64,000 nucleotides of DNA. Origin: Vezdaea acicularis (Eukaryota). The notes under the pieces were generated by a model. That model was not told the DNA's origin and made no database searches. It saw only the letters and a program-made list of their open reading frames with translations. The translations under genes and the position numbers were made by a program. The stretch lies in contig JAPEUI010000003.1 in assembly GCA_026025075.1 (NCBI GenBank), positions 1 through 64,000 of the forward strand. Direction: 5' to 3'. Of the stretch, positions 59,456-64,000 are shown in pieces (within the stretch, counting starts at the first letter, position 1; each line of letters begins with the position of its first letter).

Positions 59456-60781
59456 CTATGCCTCGCTAATGAACGTCGCCTCATAGAACAGCGTGCCCTT
59501 CTCCTCGACCTCTTCTCCCCCTATCTTCAGCTTCAAATGAAGATCCCTGGGCGCCGACTGATATATATAGGGACGGGTTCCGACCAGATTCCCGGCGATA
59601 GCCTTCAAGAAGGTCGGCACCTCGGCCATCACATCCACCCTGTCCAAGCGCTCGCCGAGCGGTCCTTCCACGACAGCGTTCACCTCCTGTCCGTCCTTCG
59701 TCTTGCCGCCCCAGGCGAACTTGATGGCGGTGGGCGCCGGCCAGTCGGTCTCGAGGTCGCCGAGGGTTGTCACGTGTGTGCAGGCGTTCGAGGAGCCAGC
59801 TGCGATAATTGTACCGTCTTTGGCGATGCCGCCGACGTTCACGACCGTGGAGCCGTAGGAGGGCGGGGTTTTGTATTGCATCATTACTGCGGAGTAGGTG
59901 GGTGTCTGGAAGTTGATAAAATCCCATGAGGCGGCTGGTGCAGGTGTTAGAAGTTGTGAGGAGAGGTCTTAGGGAAGGAGGGAATGGGTTAGCAGGGTCC
60001 CTACCGGCGTGGTGTGGCTTCATGCCCTGTAAGGCGTGGGAGAGGAAACCCCTGCCTTTCATGTTGACCTCGCCCTCCTGCGTGAGAATCACGCCCTCGA
60101 CTTGGCACCGCGGCCAGAACGCATGGCGCATTGTGCCCCAAGGGCTCTTTGGGTCCGTGCCGTAGAGCGTCTTACCGTCCTTGCCTACTTGAAAGCCCGG
60201 GGACGTCCGCTCGACCGAGAGGTTGACGATACTTTGGGGATTGACCATGGATTTGATGGTGTATTTGGTACCGTCTTCGGAGAGGGTGACGGCGACGTCG
60301 TCGGCAAAGAAAGACGTCATTTCGTCCGCAAAGCCGGTGTTCTTGAGGTCGTTGGTCGACCATAGATGTGGCTTTTTGGTGGAGGCGGGGTAGAAGATTT
60401 TGGTGTTGAATTGGCAGACGGTTTTCACGCCGCTGGATAGTGTGAGCTATTGGCCCCTTTGAATGGCTTGGGCGAAAGAGAAGGAGGCTTACTTGATTAC
60501 GCTGTATATAACCTGCACTAGCCCGATGTGTCCGCCATCCGCCATCAGATAGAACGTCTGTGTCTCGACACACGACGAAGTCATGGCGAGCCATTTTAAA
60601 TCATCCTTTGTCAGCTCGGTATAGGGGACTTCGGCGGTTTGCTTTTCAACCGAATGGATTGCTTCAGGTCCATGTATAGGCTCTGGAAGGCCCACCGTGT
60701 TGGCGAGCCTGCGTTTCCATTAGATGGGAGCAGTTCGAATGAAGATTAATATACTGACGCTCCTTGGGCCCATTTGAGCAT
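59456..60781 (-). CDS. SVF1: Survival factor 1 (381 aa)
   Basis: complement(join(59456..59934,60005..60432,60493..60708,60759..60781)). Motifs VETQTFY, MRHAFWPR, HALQGMKPHHAAASWDF, RVDVMAEVP, EATFIS. Confidence 0.93.
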
Positions 60782-61175
60782 CTTAAAATTTTGTGTTGGG
60801 AGCTGATGTTTCGAGGCGGCGGATTTGCGTATGATATCGCGGGGTCTGGTCAATTATAGTGTCAATTGAATTTTTGAGGTTTTGAGTACCTTCCGGCTGA
60901 GGGTCCGGCACAATCCTAGTATATATGACGTACCTTCGAACATGCGTATTCCCAAAGTTGTATTGATTATACACAAATACACGGAAAGACGGGAAACGAG
61001 TCCTTATAGATTATGCTAATTTGTTCTTCTGCCAATGCGTGTTGGGGGCGTTTCCCGTGCTCCGCTCGATCCGCAACGCCAAGCCTGGGAGCGGAGCGGA
61101 AAGATCTTCACGATTCTGCGCAAGACTCACGGTTATCCAAGTACCTCACGCGGCTTTGTCGCTACAGCAGCGACA

Positions 61176-61756
61176 ATGGCGGCGAAAGCGATTCCAAGAG
61201 ATCAGATCGTCAAGCTGATAGTCGGCGCAGGGCAGGCCAGCCCGAGTCCGCCTGTCGGTCCAGCACTGGGAAGTAAAGGAGTGAAGAGTATGGACTTCTG
61301 TAAGGTGAGCTACTTCGATTCGGGCGCAACGCCGAGACCGCCCTGATAATTTCCAACGTTCTCATCTTGCATCGTTGTATCTGTATAGCATGAGACTTAA
61401 CAGCTGACTCGTGGGCCTTTTAGGAATTCAATGCCCGAACAGCACATTTCACACCGGGTGTCCCTATACCCGCCCGAGTAACGGTCCGACCAGATCGAAG
61501 CTTTCATTTCGAGCTCCGAACCCCGACGGCTTCATATCTCCTCCTCAAGGCGTCACAAGTACCGCAGGTGAAAGGCAGGCTCAGGGGCGGGGGGCTGGCG
61601 GGAAGGGAGAGCATTGGAGAAGTATCATTGAAGCACATCTACGAAATCGCGAAGATCAAACAGTCAGAGACACGCCTGTCAGGTCTCTCGTTATCGGGAC
61701 TGTGCAAATCCGTCATATCGTCGGCGAAATCGATGGGGCTCGACGTCGTCCCGTAG
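61176..61756 (+). CDS. MRPL19: Mitochondrial large ribosomal subunit protein uL11m (153 aa)
   Basis: join(61176..61304,61424..61756). Motifs [56 protein letters not shown]. Confidence 0.95.
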
Positions 61757-63005
61757 GGTTGAGAGGCATTGGATGGGTGGAGATGGGCATTGCGCGGACC
61801 TTTCTGCCTGTTCAGGCGTGCATTTGATAGGAGTCGGCTATATCTACAAAGCATCTGGGTGGTCTCTACACTGTAACACCATGCGCCTCCTGAGCACAAG
61901 ATGTCTCCATCGAGACTAACGTCCAGCAGTGTAATCTTCAGAATGCAAGCACGTGTCGTTCCAAGATGCGAAGACGTGTGCGTAAGGGCATGCCAAGCCC
62001 AAATATACGACTTCGTCGCGTCACGGAAGGAATTCGTTCGCTTCCGCCATCCAACTTATGCCGAGCCGGGGGCGAGGTGCCGGACCATCCGAAGGAAGAG
62101 AAAACCAGCGCCGTGCGCAATGTACAACGCGCAATGACTCAGTCCATCTGTTGAGTGAACGTCACGTCCTCTGCGACATCAATTGTGGGTCTCGGCATTC
62201 GACGGACATGCGCAGAGATTTGCGGATGCGGATCTGATAGGGCAATATACACGTGCCGAAGAGCGGCGAGTCGGCGGAACTTTCTCTAGCTCAAATCCCG
62301 ACTCGAGCGGCATTGCGCACCCCACCTCGGTCGAATCTGGATAGTGGGGAGGGCCGGAGCTTTTTCCCAAGCAAACTCTCTCGTCCGGGCCACGCTCTTC
62401 CATCCTTCCTTCGTCCAAACCTATCACTATCGTGTCATAGAGGTCAGTCACCGGCCTATGCGTCTTGCATATCCCGACTGCTGTGAGGGGCGCCAGACTT
62501 GCGCATTGTCTTGAGGAAACGACCCTCTCCATTCTTCGCCATCCGTCGTCCCAGCTACCAATCTCCCTTCGTCGGCTATAAGCAGTCCCAAAAACCGCGG
62601 ACAGGGTAAGCACCAGTGGTGAACGCCAAGTCCAGTCTGCCCTCCCTCCCAGGCGTGTTACTGGTCTTGGAGACTCTTCTTCCCGGAACGCGCGTTGGGG
62701 TCCATCTGCTTCCACGGGCACGTTGCCGGATTTCGCTGAAACTACCCGTGGTTTTCACCTTCTGGGTACAGGGAACTTACTGGCACCACCACGACGCCCT
62801 CTGAGGTCGGGAAACAGCAGCATCTTATCATTTTTTTTTATACCGCTCGCTTACAGGAAGGGCGTACAAACACCAAATACCGCTGCACGTACGGCTTGTT
62901 GCATTTGTAATAGGACGCGACTGGCCCAGGCCTTTGACGCGAGCTTCTTAAATTGCATCATCGACAATCCTGCCGACCAATACTTTTTTAGAATCCTCGG
63001 CCACT

Positions 63006-64000
63006 ATGGAGTCTTCAGCAGAAGACTTCCTACCCCTCGAAAAAGAGAACAAGCATGGGGAAGGTTAGTCTTCTTGTCTCTCCTACCCTCACGTAAGAGC
63101 TTGGCTCGTCTGACTTTGCCTGACTTTGCCGTGTCATAGGTTACACTGAAGATACCGCGGAGAGCTCCAATGCCGACTCGGGAAAGCCGCCGACTGCGGC
63201 ACAACCTCAAGCCGTCCGGTTCAGTTCTTCTAATCAGGAAATTGAACCTTCAGAACCCTCTGAGTCTCTGAGAACTACCACTACTGACATTAATCACCCA
63301 ACGACGAACTCCGGGCTGTCAGAGGACGCACAGCAACAACTCAAAAGTCTGTCGCTCTCGTTGCAGAAGTCTCGAATGCATAACTTTGCTTTCGAACCTG
63401 TCTCATTGCCAGTGTCAAGGGTATGTTATTCATTTTGTTTACTGTACGATGTCCACGTTCTAGAGGCTCTCTTCGCGAACCTGTACATGCTTTGGGTCAC
63501 AAGTACCAGCGCAGCATTTCACTCCCAGCATCAAGATTTAAATACTCCCTAGAGCTATAGGTACTAACCTGTGCCACAAAGGTTCCATCGAACGAGTCCT
63601 CGTCGCACCCAGCTTCCCGCGAAGCTACCGATTCGCGCGCACTATCTCCTCTTGACAGTCCGTCACAATTACCGATGCATTCTCCTCCCATTACGCCCGC
63701 TACCACACGCTCTCAAGAAGCAAAGCCAGAATATGGTGAGATGAGTGTAGAGGCGTTCAGGGAAAAGAATGATCCCTCAAGCACTGCATCGTCGCTCCCT
63801 TCCTCGGATCAAATGTCTACCCGACCGACGTCAGTATCCGGAGACTCTGTGATGATGCCACCTCCACCTCAGCCCCGACATGTCCCAAAGTTCTCTATTG
63901 GACCAACTGGCGACTCTCTTCCAGCGTCGAGAGACCCAAGCCCAGACGGCAGATCGAGTTCTGGGACCACCACGCCATCCACTCGCCCATTCGCACCTGC
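63006..64000 (+). CDS. 5' part of a probable HAL4/SAT4-family Ser/Thr kinase (runs off the window)
   Basis: join(63006..63063,63140..63420,63582..>64000), phases consistent. N-terminal motifs AVRFSS..QEIEP, NFAFEPVSLPVSRVPS, MHSPPITP resemble this family from recall. The kinase domain itself is not in the window. Confidence 0.55.

Noticed and set aside
48613..61756. Functional cluster of tRNA-modification and expression genes (ELP4, RPB8, TYW1, MRPL19)
   Set aside because: Different pathways interspersed with unrelated genes; ordinary housekeeping neighbourhood.
1..64000. CRISPR arrays, rRNA, tRNA, spliceosomal snRNA, TPP riboswitch
   Set aside because: No signatures seen by eye; the sequence is eukaryotic nuclear DNA. 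A covariance-model scan would be needed to fully exclude small RNAs.

Overview
Gene-dense DNA from a filamentous ascomycete (Pezizomycotina). Short GT-AG introns with CTRAC/CTAAT branch sites split most ORF-track entries, so I rebuilt about 30 spliced gene models by hand; the exon phases join in frame. Conserved genes recognised: hemerythrin-like protein, eIF2B-alpha, NECAP, GH15 glucoamylase, SDR, Ras1, FPY1-like, GMF, SNF2-PHD ATPase, Clr2-N protein, ELP4, RPB8, Nudix, Hikeshi, PQ-loop, TYW1, SVF1, uL11m, and the 5' part of a probable HAL4/SAT4 kinase. Two accessory-looking blocks interrupt them. The first (~7.3-20 kb) holds four hypothetical genes and a complete but inactivated Fot1/pogo transposon. 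The second (~28-39 kb) holds an RG-rich/Cys-rich CaaX protein, an M35-like pseudo-protease, a PD-(D/E)XK-like protein and an F-box protein. Best leads: (1) a SNF2-PHD remodeller head-to-head with a Clr2-N-only gene, a possible SHREC-like silencing module; (2) a nested-helix candidate ncRNA at ~3.07-3.40 kb; (3) a hypothetical protein with deaminase-like zinc motifs in reversed order (CxxC then NCAE); (4) the RG-rich/Cys-rich CaaX protein. All family assignments come from motif recognition; no database searches were run.
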